Counted from the stretch's first letter, positions 9,247 through 18,690 are shown. The stretch is 64,000 nucleotides of DNA from a bacterium (GCA_020444475.1 JAHLKV010000004.1:6494-70493); one strand, 5' to 3'. The notes: generated by a model not told the origin, from the letters alone. Translations and numbers: made by a program.

Positions 9247-11724
9247 CTACTTCAGTAACAGCATCTTTTTCGATTCGCTGAAAGTTCCGGCCGAGATGCG
9301 ATAGAAGTAGACACCGGTCGGGTTCTGATCGGCGTTCCACTCGATCTGATAATTACCGGCTTCCATCCTGCCATCGACCAGCGTAGCGACCTCCTGCCCG
9401 AGGACGTTGTAGATGCGAAGGGAGACGTCCGACGCACTCGGCAGCGCGAATGAGATCACGGTCGAGGGGTTGAACGGGTTCGGGTAGTTCTGCAGCAGGT
9501 CGTAGTCGTTCGGGAGGAGGCTGTTGCCCTTAGCGGCAGCAAGGGCGTCGTCACCGTCCGCCGGGAACTCAACAACGACACCACTGGGCAGGGCCGCGAA
9601 GAGGCCGAAAGCCGGACCATCGTTGTTGTCAGCCGGGGTCAGGAAACCGGAGGCGAAGACGGCAGCGGCGCCACCACCGAGACCGGACAGGTCAGCGGTG
9701 TAAGATGCCACTACGGCCGAGTTGTCGTCACCCAGAGTAACATCGAGCGTGTACGAACCGGCCGGGACCGTGATGTAATCGGTCATGTCACCGTAGGCGG
9801 CATCGTCGACGAGGGTCGCGACACCACGGGCGATAACGTCGACGGTCGGCGCGTCGGTGGCACCGTGCAGGGCGAAGAAGTCAACATTCGACATGCCATT
9901 CTCACCGGCCTGACGAGCCGGGGCTTTGGTGAACAGGGTGAAGGCGATATCGCGACCGTCCGGGTTCTCTGCGAAGGACGAAGCGACGACGCCGTTGGCG
10001 ATGGCGATGTAGGATACGTCTTTGTCGAGCGTTACCGTGAAGGTGGCAATCGCTTCATCCTGCGACATCGATCCCCTGGGAGCGACACCGATATTCAGTT
10101 CGACCTCGGCCGGCACCTGCACAAACGGGGTGGCGGTCCGGAAGGCAAAGTTCGGGATCAGCTTGCTGCCATTGACCCAGACATCAACCGTATCGGCGGC
10201 CGGATCGGCGGCGTTGTGAATGACCTGCAGGCTGGCGAAGGCCGGCTGCACGATCTTCGGCAGTTCAATAACGGAACCGTCGGGAAGGGCCACGAAGAGG
10301 CCAAACGCGGCGTCGCTGTTGTTCGCCTGGGGGTTCAGGAAGCCCGATGCGAAGACCACGGCGGTGCCGCCGCCCAGGCCGGACAGGTCGGCCTCAAACC
10401 GAGCGACTTCGGTGCGTCGATCATTGCCGGGAGTCACGACGAGTTCGTACTGGTCCGGGCGAAGGACTTTGTTGCGAGAGAATTCGCCGTAGGCCAGATT
10501 GTTAATCAGGGTTCCGTAACCCTTCTTCGATTTTCCCCGCTCGACCAGCACATCCACGTACGGAGCATCAGTGACACCGTGGAAAGCCAGCAGCTTGACG
10601 AGGTTCGGCACGGCGGACTCGCGAACTTTGTCATCGGCAAAGACCGTGAAATCAATAGAGCGACCGGACGGATTCGGTTCGAAGTTGTTGGCGTTGACAA
10701 CGCCGTTGGCGACGGCGATATAGCGCTCGCCCAGTTCAAACTTCGTCGTGAGGCTAAGGATGGTATCATCGACCGTCCAGGAGTTGGCCGGCGCGATCCC
10801 GATGTTGAGATCGACCATAGCCGGCACTTCGACAAAAGCGGTGGCCGTGCGGAAGGCGAAGTTGTCGAGGAAGAGGTCACCGTTGACGTAAATGTCTACG
10901 GTATCAGCAGCCGGGTCGGCAGCGTTGTGAATCAGCTGCAGCTCGGCGGTCTGACCGACTTCGGGCAGTGGAATCACCTGACCATCGGGCAGAGCCGCGA
11001 ACAGACCGAAGGCCGGTCCGCCGTTATTGTTATCGGGGCTCAAGAAGCCTGAGGCGAAGACGACCGCGGCACCACCGCCGAGGGCCGAGAGGTCAGCGAG
11101 ATACGAGGCGACGATAGTCTGGTCGTCACCGGCGGGCGTGATATCGAGCGTGTACTCACGCGGGAGGACCGTGCGATAGCGGGAGAACTCACCGTATTCG
11201 AGATCCCCGAAAAGAGCGCCGTAGGCCCAGCCACGAATGCGGACATCGACAGCCGGAGCGTCGGTGGCACCGTGGAAGGCGACCAGATCAGTAAAGGAGC
11301 GCCAGCGCGCTTCGGTTCTCACGTTGGCCCGAGGATAGACGGAGAAGGCGATCGAGTTACCATCAGGATTGCCGGCGAAGCCTTCGCCGAGTACGCCCGA
11401 GGCCATGGCGACATAGGCGCGGTCTTTTCTGAGTGTGAGCGGAAACTCAGCGATGACATCTTCGGCCGACATGCTTGTGCCGGGTGCGATGCCGACCGTG
11501 AATTCGACGTTCGCCGGGACGGTGATAAACTCGGTAGCCTGGCGGAAAGCGAAATCGTTGAGGAGCAGTTCGCCATCGACATAAATGTCGACTTCGGCGG
11601 CGGCCGGATCAGCCGCATTGTGGATAATCTGAAGTTGAGCGTCTTTCGCCAATCCGGCCTGGGTGAGGCCGATCATCAGAAAGATCGCTGCCAGTGTGCT
11701 CTTTAGTATCGTTGTGTATCTCAT
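9247..11724 (-). CDS. Secreted repeat protein: three tandem double-DUF4397-like units + T9SS C-terminal sorting domain
   Basis: 825 aa. Signal peptide (LAAIFLMIGLTQAGLA). Three ~230-aa units, each starting LQ(I/L/V)IHNAADPAA..VD(I/V)(Y/W)V(D/N)G and containing AFHGATDAP.VDV. C-terminus LLQNYPNPFNPSTVISFALP...GVYFYRISAGTFSESKKMLLLK. Confidence 0.85.
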   Translation of the reverse strand: MRYTTILKSTLAAIFLMIGLTQAGLAKDAQLQIIHNAADPAAAEVDIYVDGELLLNDFAFRQATEFITVPANVEFTVGIAPGTSMSAEDVIAEFPLTLRKDRAYVAMASGVLGEGFAGNPDGNSIAFSVYPRANVRTEARWRSFTDLVAFHGATDAPAVDVRIRGWAYGALFGDLEYGEFSRYRTVLPREYTLDITPAGDDQTIVASYLADLSALGGGAAVVFASGFLSPDNNNGGPAFGLFAALPDGQVIPLPEVGQTAELQLIHNAADPAADTVDIYVNGDLFLDNFAFRTATAFVEVPAMVDLNIGIAPANSWTVDDTILSLTTKFELGERYIAVANGVVNANNFEPNPSGRSIDFTVFADDKVRESAVPNLVKLLAFHGVTDAPYVDVLVERGKSKKGYGTLINNLAYGEFSRNKVLRPDQYELVVTPGNDRRTEVARFEADLSGLGGGTAVVFASGFLNPQANNSDAAFGLFVALPDGSVIELPKIVQPAFASLQVIHNAADPAADTVDVWVNGSKLIPNFAFRTATPFVQVPAEVELNIGVAPRGSMSQDEAIATFTVTLDKDVSYIAIANGVVASSFAENPDGRDIAFTLFTKAPARQAGENGMSNVDFFALHGATDAPTVDVIARGVATLVDDAAYGDMTDYITVPAGSYTLDVTLGDDNSAVVASYTADLSGLGGGAAAVFASGFLTPADNNDGPAFGLFAALPSGVVVEFPADGDDALAAAKGNSLLPNDYDLLQNYPNPFNPSTVISFALPSASDVSLRIYNVLGQEVATLVDGRMEAGNYQIEWNADQNPTGVYFYRISAGTFSESKKMLLLK
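9547..11640 (-). repeat. Intragenic tandem repeat, 3 units (aa 29-259, 260-496, 497-726)
   Basis: Unit boundaries counted from the translated protein; repeats are conserved at protein level and diverged at DNA level. Confidence 0.8.
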
Positions 11725-11849
11725 GTATAGTCCCCTTCTGTGTTCGCGACAGCGGTCTGTTTATGTAGTTCGCAATTCTGCTTTGCCGACTTGAAATCGA
11801 ATCGTCCGTCGGGATGATCAGTGCGCCTGAGTGCCCGTCAAGTCGTGCG

Positions 11850-11888
11850 TTTTTTTTTGTGTCCACCCGGCCCGGATCGGGTGGACAC
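11850..11888 (-). other. T9 tract abutting a perfect 11-bp hairpin between the fasciclin and DUF4397 genes
   Basis: T9 at 11850..11858. GTGTCCACCCG (11859..11869) pairs with CGGGTGGACAC (11878..11888). In the direction of transcription (- strand) the order is hairpin then A9, so this is not a canonical intrinsic terminator. Confidence 0.4.
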
Positions 11889-11928
11889 TGTCACAAGAAC
11901 CCCCATTTTGTTCCGAAGTAGTTTCGAG

Positions 11929-12471
11929 TTACTCTTCGGTGTCAGCGTCCGGAAGAATGACCTCATCGATGACGTGGATGACGCCGTTGGAGGCCTGGAT
12001 GTCGGCTTTGATGACCTTCGCGTTGTCGATCATCACAGAGCCATCCTTCGATGTAATCGTGATGTTCTGGCCGTTGAGAGTCTGCGCCTTGTCAAGCTTG
12101 ACAACATCGGCAGCCATCACCGAGCCGGACACGACGTGATAGGTAAGAATCGCGGTCAGCGCTTCCTTGTCCTTGAGCAGGCCTTCGACAGTGCCTTCAG
12201 GGAGCTTGGCAAAGGCTTCATCGGTCGGAGCGAAAACAGTCAGGGGACCTTCGCCGTTGAGGGCATCAACCAGGCCGGCGGCCTTAACCGCAGCGACGAG
12301 AGTTGTGAAGTTGCCGGCGGCGACAGCCGTCTCAACTATAGTGCTTTTGGTCTCAGCCTTGGCCTGCGATGCTTTCGCCTTGTGATCGGCGCCGCAGTCG
12401 GCGGAAGCGGAAACTGTGAAGCCCAGGGTTAGTACCAGGGCGGCAGCGGTGGTCATACACTTTCTAAGCAT
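11929..12471 (-). CDS. Fasciclin (FAS1) domain protein, secreted
   Basis: 180 aa. Signal peptide. [48 protein letters not shown]...LTYHVV...[15 protein letters not shown] matches FAS1 hallmarks. Confidence 0.9.
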   Translation of the reverse strand: MLRKCMTTAAALVLTLGFTVSASADCGADHKAKASQAKAETKSTIVETAVAAGNFTTLVAAVKAAGLVDALNGEGPLTVFAPTDEAFAKLPEGTVEGLLKDKEALTAILTYHVVSGSVMAADVVKLDKAQTLNGQNITITSKDGSVMIDNAKVIKADIQASNGVIHVIDEVILPDADTEE

Positions 12472-12525
12472 TTCTTATTCCTTTCTTAAGTGTCGTATTT
12501 GTTCGTGTTCTATATGTGGTACTGG

Positions 12526-12738
12526 TTACGCCTTCTGAACTCCCCAGCGGCGCTGGATGGACTTCAACGTAAGGACCTGGTACAGGGCAGAGACGCCGAC
12601 CAGCGTGTAGACGACTGTCGCCAGGATACTGGTTCCGAATATGGCGGCTACCAGGTTGAAGTCGAGCAGTCCGACGAGTCCCCAATTGAGTCCTCCCACG
12701 ACGAGGAGGATAGCGACGATGATGTCGAGTGTTTTCAT
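12526..12738 (-). CDS. DUF378 family small membrane protein
   Basis: 70 aa, two TM helices. LLVVGGLNWGLVGLLDFNLVAAIFG is the DUF378 signature as I recall it. Confidence 0.75.
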   Translation of the reverse strand: MKTLDIIVAILLVVGGLNWGLVGLLDFNLVAAIFGTSILATVVYTLVGVSALYQVLTLKSIQRRWGVQKA

Positions 12739-12891
12739 GACAGTTCTCCTTTTGTTTGGTTTGCTTGTGTTCTATCACTGCAACAGCATCGTGTCTATGT
12801 TTTGTTCCACCGGTGAATACGTTTTGTACTGCTTTTGGATAGTTTACGCACTACGGTCGGTCAATCCGTGCTACAATTATCAGCATAAAAC

Positions 12892-12914
12892 ATTGCAGCA
12901 TATGCAATTATAAT
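12892..12914 (+). promoter_or_regulatory. Palindrome ATTGCA-N5-TGCAAT abutting a perfect TATAAT, upstream of the MerR/B12 regulator gene
   Basis: 12892..12908 ATTGCAGCATATGCAAT (6-nt inverted arms); TATAAT at 12909..12914. Lies in an AT-rich divergent spacer, 80 nt before ATG 12995. No good -35 seen. Confidence 0.3.
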
Positions 12915-12994
12915 TTTGTCTCACTTTTGGGGAGCTTTTGGATGGAAATCTCGTTATATTCGTCAGAAATTAGACATTACTATATGGGAGTGGC

Positions 12995-13948
12995 ATGATC
13001 TACAAATACCCTATTAAGGTAGCTGCGGCTCGAAGCGGTCTCACCACCCACCTGATTCGCATTTGGGAGCGGCGGTATGGCGCGGTGGAGCCGTCGCGGA
13101 CCCCGTCAAATCGCCGGATGTATTCCGACGATGACATTCAACGGCTGCAGTTGCTTCGCGAGGTAACTGCGACCGGCATGAGTATTGGTCAGGTAGCCGA
13201 TCTCGGAGATGAGGAGCTGCGAGCGATTCTTAAGTCGAACCGGGCAGCGGGTGGGGGGGCATCCGTGAGCGAGCGACCTGGTCCGGTTCGTCCGCGAGGG
13301 ATGTCGGCGTCGAGCCATCGTGAGAACTGTCTCAGTGCCGTGGTGAACTTCGATGCGACGGCGTTAGAGGAGGCACTTCGATCAGCTTCGGTTGATCTCG
13401 GCCAGATGGCGTTGTTTGAAGAGGTGTTGACGCCGTTCTTTGAACAGATAGGGCGGCTCTGGCGGGATGGCGAGTTAAAAGTGGCGCACGAGCACATGGC
13501 GTCATCGGCGGTACGATCGTTCCTTGGTGCGATGCTTGCCCGAGGCCGTATGTCCGACACGGCCCCCGGTATTGTCGTCACGACACCGTCGGGACATTCG
13601 CACGAAGCCGGGGCGTTGATGGCAGCCATCACCGCTGTATCTCAGGGCTGGCGAGTCGTCTATCTGGGTCCCGATACACCGACGGAGGACGTCGCCGGAG
13701 CAGTGGCTCGATCGGGGGCGTCGGCGGTGGCTATGAGTCTGGTTTACCCTCCCGATGATCCCCATGTGGCGGGCGAGCTGAGCAGGTTGCGGGAAATGAT
13801 CGGTCTGGACACGGCTCTTATCGTGGGCGGTCGTTCTTTTCCGCATTACATGGAGGCGTTGAGAGAATCCGGCGCGGTAGCAATCGGCAGCCTTCGAGAG
13901 TTCGCAGATTACCTTGACACGCTTCGACCCTCCGGGGCGCAAGCCTGA
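12995..13948 (+). CDS. MerR-family regulator with C-terminal B12-binding domain (CarH/LitR-like)
   Basis: 317 aa. MerR HTH (IKVAAARSGLTTHLIRIWERRYGAVEPSRTPSNRRMYSDDDIQRLQLL). C-terminal Rossmann-like domain with H-x-x-G (SHEAG), MSLV and GG (LIVGGRS) cobalamin-binding signatures. Confidence 0.8.
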   Translation: MIYKYPIKVAAARSGLTTHLIRIWERRYGAVEPSRTPSNRRMYSDDDIQRLQLLREVTATGMSIGQVADLGDEELRAILKSNRAAGGGASVSERPGPVRPRGMSASSHRENCLSAVVNFDATALEEALRSASVDLGQMALFEEVLTPFFEQIGRLWRDGELKVAHEHMASSAVRSFLGAMLARGRMSDTAPGIVVTTPSGHSHEAGALMAAITAVSQGWRVVYLGPDTPTEDVAGAVARSGASAVAMSLVYPPDDPHVAGELSRLREMIGLDTALIVGGRSFPHYMEALRESGAVAIGSLREFADYLDTLRPSGAQA

Positions 13949-14004
13949 GGCGCATTCGAGAGGTGAATCAACCCGATGTTCGACCAGTACCGGGAGGCCA
14001 GCTG

Positions 14005-15390
14005 ATGAGTTACAACACGGCAATCGTCGATGAAGGGCGCGTCCACGTAGTGGCGGATCGCGAGTGTGGCGCCGGCCCGATCATTTATTGGATGCGCCGT
14101 GAGCGGCGAGTGCAGGACAACTGGGCGTTCATTTACGCACAGCAACTGGCTCAGCGGCACCGGTCGTCGCTTGTGGTGGTGACCGGCATGGATCCCCAGG
14201 AGTCTCATTTCACGGCCCGGCGAGTTGACTTTCTGGTGCACGGACTGCGGGAAGTGGAACAGGAGTGTCGCGCCCTGGGCATTCCATTTGCGCTGTTGAT
14301 CGGTTCAGCCGAAACGGAGTTCGTTCGATTCGCGACGCGCTACTCGGCCGGCGCCGTCGTAGCCGACTTCAGTCCGCTTCGTGAGCCGCGTCGCCATCTC
14401 GCAGACGTTGCCGAGGGATTGAAGGTACCATTGGTGGAGGTTGATGCTCACAACATCGTGCCCGCCCGATTCGTCTCGCCGAAGCAGGAGTGGGCGGCGT
14501 ATACGATCCGGCCGAAGATTAATCGGGTCCTTGAACGCTTTCTCACGGACTTTCCGACAGTAGTCAGGCATCCATACAGCGACACGGATCAGTTCCCGCC
14601 GGTGGACTGGACCGAGATTTGTTCCTCGCTCACACCGGACAGGACTGTACCTTCGCTTGATTGGGCGATCGGCGGTACCTCGGCCGGTTTGCAGGTGCTC
14701 GATGCATTTCTGTCGACACGACTGCCGCAATATCATGAGGATCGCAATGATCCGACCAAACTCGCGCAGTCGGAGCTGTCGCCGTGGATGAATTTCGGGT
14801 TTATCTCGGCGCAGCGGGTGGCGCTGGAAGTGCGGCGGCGGGACGATGTGATTGCATCGCAGGAAGCGTTCCTCGAAGAGCTCATTGTTCGCCGTGAGTT
14901 GTCGGACAACTACTGTCTGTACAGCAGTGGGTACGACAGTCCCGACGGATACCCCCGGTGGGCGTCGGAGACACTGGCTCGTCACCAGTCGGATCCCCGC
15001 CAGTACGTGTACTCTATCGAAGAGTTCGAGGCGGGGGAGACGCACGATCCGTTGTGGAACGCCGCTCAGTGGGAGCTGGTACATCACGGCAAAATGCACG
15101 GTTACCTTCGGATGTACTGGGCAAAAAAGATTCTGGAGTGGAGTGTTACCGCCAAAGAAGCGCATCGAACGGCGCTGTACTTGAACGATCGCTATTCGCT
15201 CGATGGCTGCGACCCCAACGGTTATGCGGGTGTGGCGTGGAGTATCGGCGGCGTGCACGACCGTCCCTGGTTTGAACGGGACATTTTCGGCAAGGTACGC
15301 TATATGAGCAACGGCGGCTGCCGTCGCAAGTTCGATGTTGATCTCTATGTCGAGACCATGCGTGGTGTTCGGGAGGAGGCGATAGCATGA
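14005..15390 (+). CDS. phr: Deoxyribodipyrimidine photolyase, class II type
   Basis: IYWMRRERRVQDNWAFIYAQQLA is the class II N-terminal motif; the C-terminal FAD-binding region has MHGYLRMYWAKKILEW and NGYAGVAWSIGGVHDRPW. ATG 14005 is preceded by GGGAGG; the ORF track starts at GTG 13963. Confidence 0.9.
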   Translation: MSYNTAIVDEGRVHVVADRECGAGPIIYWMRRERRVQDNWAFIYAQQLAQRHRSSLVVVTGMDPQESHFTARRVDFLVHGLREVEQECRALGIPFALLIGSAETEFVRFATRYSAGAVVADFSPLREPRRHLADVAEGLKVPLVEVDAHNIVPARFVSPKQEWAAYTIRPKINRVLERFLTDFPTVVRHPYSDTDQFPPVDWTEICSSLTPDRTVPSLDWAIGGTSAGLQVLDAFLSTRLPQYHEDRNDPTKLAQSELSPWMNFGFISAQRVALEVRRRDDVIASQEAFLEELIVRRELSDNYCLYSSGYDSPDGYPRWASETLARHQSDPRQYVYSIEEFEAGETHDPLWNAAQWELVHHGKMHGYLRMYWAKKILEWSVTAKEAHRTALYLNDRYSLDGCDPNGYAGVAWSIGGVHDRPWFERDIFGKVRYMSNGGCRRKFDVDLYVETMRGVREEAIA

Positions 15391-15890
15391 GCGTGTTTAC
15401 CTTGATGCGCACGCAGTATATCGAACGCCCGTTGGACGAAGTCTTTCCATTTTTCGAGAATCCCGAAAACCTGGCCCGAATCACACCGGCCTCGGTGGGG
15501 TTCAGGATTCTGACTCCACTGCCCATCGTGATGAAAGCGGGCGCCGTCATCGACTACACGATCAAGGTGTTCGGCATTCGACGGTATTGGACGACGCTCA
15601 TCACCGACTATGAGCCTCCATTCCGCTTCGTCGACGTACAGCTCAAGGGGCCGTACACGTTCTGGCACCATACGCACACGTTCGAGTCAACTCAGCGGGG
15701 TACGTTGATGCAGGACGAGGTTCGGTATGTGTTGCCCTTTGGTCCGGTTGGTCGTTTGGTGCATGGGCTGTTCGTGAAGCGTCAGTTGCAGAAGATATTC
15801 GACCACCGGGCCGACGTCATCGCCGAGCATTTCGGTTCCAAGAGCGAAACGTCCGGTGCGCCGGGTATTTCCGGCGCCTCCCGCCGATAA
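15387..15890 (+). CDS. SRPBCC-superfamily (START/Bet v1-like) protein
   Basis: 167 aa. Start overlaps the photolyase stop (ATGA). PLDEVFPFFENPENLARITP...GPYTFWHHTHTFES is typical of SRPBCC ligand-binding proteins. Confidence 0.7.
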   Translation: MSVFTLMRTQYIERPLDEVFPFFENPENLARITPASVGFRILTPLPIVMKAGAVIDYTIKVFGIRRYWTTLITDYEPPFRFVDVQLKGPYTFWHHTHTFESTQRGTLMQDEVRYVLPFGPVGRLVHGLFVKRQLQKIFDHRADVIAEHFGSKSETSGAPGISGASRR

Positions 15891-15910
15891 ATTCATCCCA
15901 CGAATAATGC

Positions 15911-15936
15911 CCCCTGCGGACCGGAGTCCGCAGGGG
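15911..15936. terminator. Perfect 11-bp hairpin between convergent genes
   Basis: CCCCTGCGGAC-CGGA-GTCCGCAGGGG; weak T-richness on either side. Confidence 0.45.
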
Positions 15937-15978
15937 ATGAACAAATGTGACTGTTGCCGTCTGGGTTCCCGCAGGGTG

Positions 15979-18198
15979 CTACTTCAGCAGCAGCATCTTG
16001 CGTGTCGCGACGTTGTTGCCGGCGACCGCCCGGTAGAGGTAGACACCGGACGAATATCCGGCGGCGTTCCACTCGACCGTGATCACGCCGCTGGCGTCGT
16101 GGCCGGAGAAGCTTTTCACTTCCTGACCGAGGACATTGAAAATGGCGATATGCCAATCGGCCTCTTCAGGGAGACTCAGGCTGATGGTCGTGACCGGGTT
16201 GAAGGGGTTGGGGTAGTTCTGATCGAGGGCGAACTGGATCGGCAGGTTGCCGGGGGGATCGTCGTCGTCGATCCGATCTCGGTCCTCGATGTCAACGTAC
16301 GGACACATGGCGTAGACACACTTGGCGGTTGCCGCACCGACCGACGTCGCTACGTACTGCTGGGATCCGCCGTCGACCACGAGTTGACTGTCGAGGCTGA
16401 CACCGACGTTGACCATGTGGTTGTAGTTGCAGGGGAAGTTCAACTCGTAGGTGAGTTTTGCGATCCTCACCAGCGTATCCGTTGCCGTTCCACTGAAAGA
16501 ACTCGTGGTGCGGAAACGGTAGGACGAGTTGGAGAGCTTTGTCGCCTGGACGCCCGCAGGCACGTTGCCGACCGAAGTTATCCTGGCGGCATTGCAGTTG
16601 AGGACAACACAGAACGAGTCAACATCTTCGATGTTTGTCCGGAAGTAGAGATCCTGCTGGACGCACGGTGCGCTCAAATTGCTGACGGTGTTGGTGGAGA
16701 ACTCACCCATGGCGATCTGGGCACACTCCACAGCGTCGAATCCTTCCACATCCCAGAATATCAGTCGGCCGTTGAGGGAGTCGGCGCGAAGACATTCGGC
16801 CGTGTCGGGGACGACGGTGTTGCCAACCGCGACCGAGTCGTGCACAAACGTCGGGCAGATGAAGCGGTTGTTCCACGAAGGGGCGTAGCCGGAGGAATCC
16901 CAGCCCAGTTCGATAGACAGCAGTTCGCGGAAGTCCGAACTGTCCGGGAAGAAATTGTCTTTGGCGCCATTGTAGGTCTGGTACAGTGATACGTAGCCCT
17001 CAGTTTCGTTGTACGAGAAGTCGAACTCGCCAGCCTCGCTGACGATGCTGTTGAAGATGAGGTCTCCGTCGAGACCGACATTGGCGATGATTCCCGTGTC
17101 ACTGGTGGGATACTCCGCGAGTCCGGCCGGGAAGGAGTTTTTCAGTTGTACCGAGAAGTCTATGTCGTGTGATCCGTAGCGCTGAACGAGAGTGTCCAGG
17201 GCGACCATTTTCAGGAAGGCCGAATCGACGTAGGTGACGGAGCCATCGTAGTAAACCATCTCCTCCCGGAAGTAATGGAAGCAGGTGCCGATGTAGATGA
17301 TACCGAGCGTGTCGTCGAAGACAAAGTCGGCGGCGCCGTCGTACAACTCGCACTTGGGCAGAAACTTCATGGTATAGAGAATGGTGCTGTCCAGCTCGTC
17401 GAAACCATACGAAAAATCCATGAAGGCGATTCTGAAGTAGTCGTCACCGGCTCCCGAGTTTGCCGGATCCAATGCGTAGTGCGATGTCTCGTAGCCGGCG
17501 AACTCGACCTTGCTGGAGTCGAAGTTGACGTAGTTGTAGACGATCCGTGGCCGGAAGTTGGTGTACGCCATCACCGGCACGAAAATCGTATCGTTCAGCT
17601 CGCCGGAAAAATCCAGATCCTCGATCGTGAATTCAGCGTAATAGTCCACACTGGTTACAGACGAAGCCAGTCGGTTCTGTGCCGGAGCACCCCAGGAGTT
17701 GCCGCTGATCGACAAGTAGGTATCAAGCGCCCCGTCGCCGAAAACGACTTCGGTGGTGTCGAAGGACAATTCGCAGCGGGCGCTGAATTTCAGGTAGAAA
17801 TAGACGACTGAGTCCGAGAGAGCGGTAGCGGTTCCCGCATCGAGCAGCACGACGATTTCGCCGGTGGCCGGCAGGTCGTATGTAATGTCACCGGCCCAGT
17901 TGGTACTGTCCTTGTACGCGTCGATGAAGGTGATGAAGTAGGTGTTGTATTCGATCTTGGCGCGGATTGCGGTCAAGGTGCCGGTGAAGGAGGAGTCGTA
18001 CCGGACCTGGAACGGAACTATGAGCAGGGAGTCCTCGGGTCCCGATGTTGCGCTTCTTACGTAGGCATCGTCGTCGAGGAGTCGGAAGGTGAGGTTTTCG
18101 GTTTCCGTGAACAGCTTGGAGTCGGCCAGCACGGAGCTGCCGACGAGAGTGGCGGCCAGACAGCCAACCAGTAGTAACGCACGTACCATTCGTGTCAT
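15979..18198 (-). CDS. Large secreted protein of unknown function with T9SS C-terminal sorting domain (cohesin-like repeat modules suspected)
   Basis: 739 aa. Signal peptide (ALLLVGCLAATLVGSSVLA). C-terminus LDQNYPNPFNPVTTISLSLP...GVYLYRAVAGNNVATRKMLLLK. Body shows repeated beta-rich modules of ~130-150 aa; the cohesin-like assignment is only an impression. Confidence 0.75.
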   Translation of the reverse strand: MTRMVRALLLVGCLAATLVGSSVLADSKLFTETENLTFRLLDDDAYVRSATSGPEDSLLIVPFQVRYDSSFTGTLTAIRAKIEYNTYFITFIDAYKDSTNWAGDITYDLPATGEIVVLLDAGTATALSDSVVYFYLKFSARCELSFDTTEVVFGDGALDTYLSISGNSWGAPAQNRLASSVTSVDYYAEFTIEDLDFSGELNDTIFVPVMAYTNFRPRIVYNYVNFDSSKVEFAGYETSHYALDPANSGAGDDYFRIAFMDFSYGFDELDSTILYTMKFLPKCELYDGAADFVFDDTLGIIYIGTCFHYFREEMVYYDGSVTYVDSAFLKMVALDTLVQRYGSHDIDFSVQLKNSFPAGLAEYPTSDTGIIANVGLDGDLIFNSIVSEAGEFDFSYNETEGYVSLYQTYNGAKDNFFPDSSDFRELLSIELGWDSSGYAPSWNNRFICPTFVHDSVAVGNTVVPDTAECLRADSLNGRLIFWDVEGFDAVECAQIAMGEFSTNTVSNLSAPCVQQDLYFRTNIEDVDSFCVVLNCNAARITSVGNVPAGVQATKLSNSSYRFRTTSSFSGTATDTLVRIAKLTYELNFPCNYNHMVNVGVSLDSQLVVDGGSQQYVATSVGAATAKCVYAMCPYVDIEDRDRIDDDDPPGNLPIQFALDQNYPNPFNPVTTISLSLPEEADWHIAIFNVLGQEVKSFSGHDASGVITVEWNAAGYSSGVYLYRAVAGNNVATRKMLLLK

Positions 18199-18690
18199 AC
18201 GTGACCTCCCAAGGTCTTTTTTGCGGTATTAATGGAATGAGGAACAGATCCGCGGCGCGCGGAGGCAGTAGACCATCGCCTCCCCTTTCTCCCCCAGGAA
18301 ACCTCGGTCAACTCGGGTTGTCGGGCGAGCTCGCCCGAGACAACGAAGATCGCCGACAACGGCCCGAGAAACTTGAGTGGCGGAAGATGCCGGTTGCGTG
18401 TGATGCTGAGAATTCAGGGACGATTTCAGGGCGTACCGGCATGTGAATCTGCTTGTTGCCGACCGCGTCCTGCTCTCGATGGTGCCTGTCGATGATGACT
18501 GAGTTGGAGTCCCTCCCGCTCCCGCACGATACTTTATGGGAGCGGAGGTGTCAAGTCCCGGCGTGTGAGTACTCGGTTAAAGTGAACAGTGCGCGGGACC
18601 GAGGTGGGCAATTTTTTCCTTGTTATCTCGAACGCGATTGCGATACATGCGAAAGTCAGACGGAAACCGCCGCTCACACCGGAGGATAGC

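Noticed and set aside
18453-18689. 78-aa Cys-rich ORF (CQVPAC, CDTC) ending 1 nt before the proposed aminotransferase GTG start
   Set aside because: The translational-coupling geometry is tempting. However, the only start is a TTG, there is no RBS, the composition is unusual, and the region also contains hairpins (18318..18344, 18512..18548) more consistent with a non-coding leader. Kept as non-coding; low certainty.
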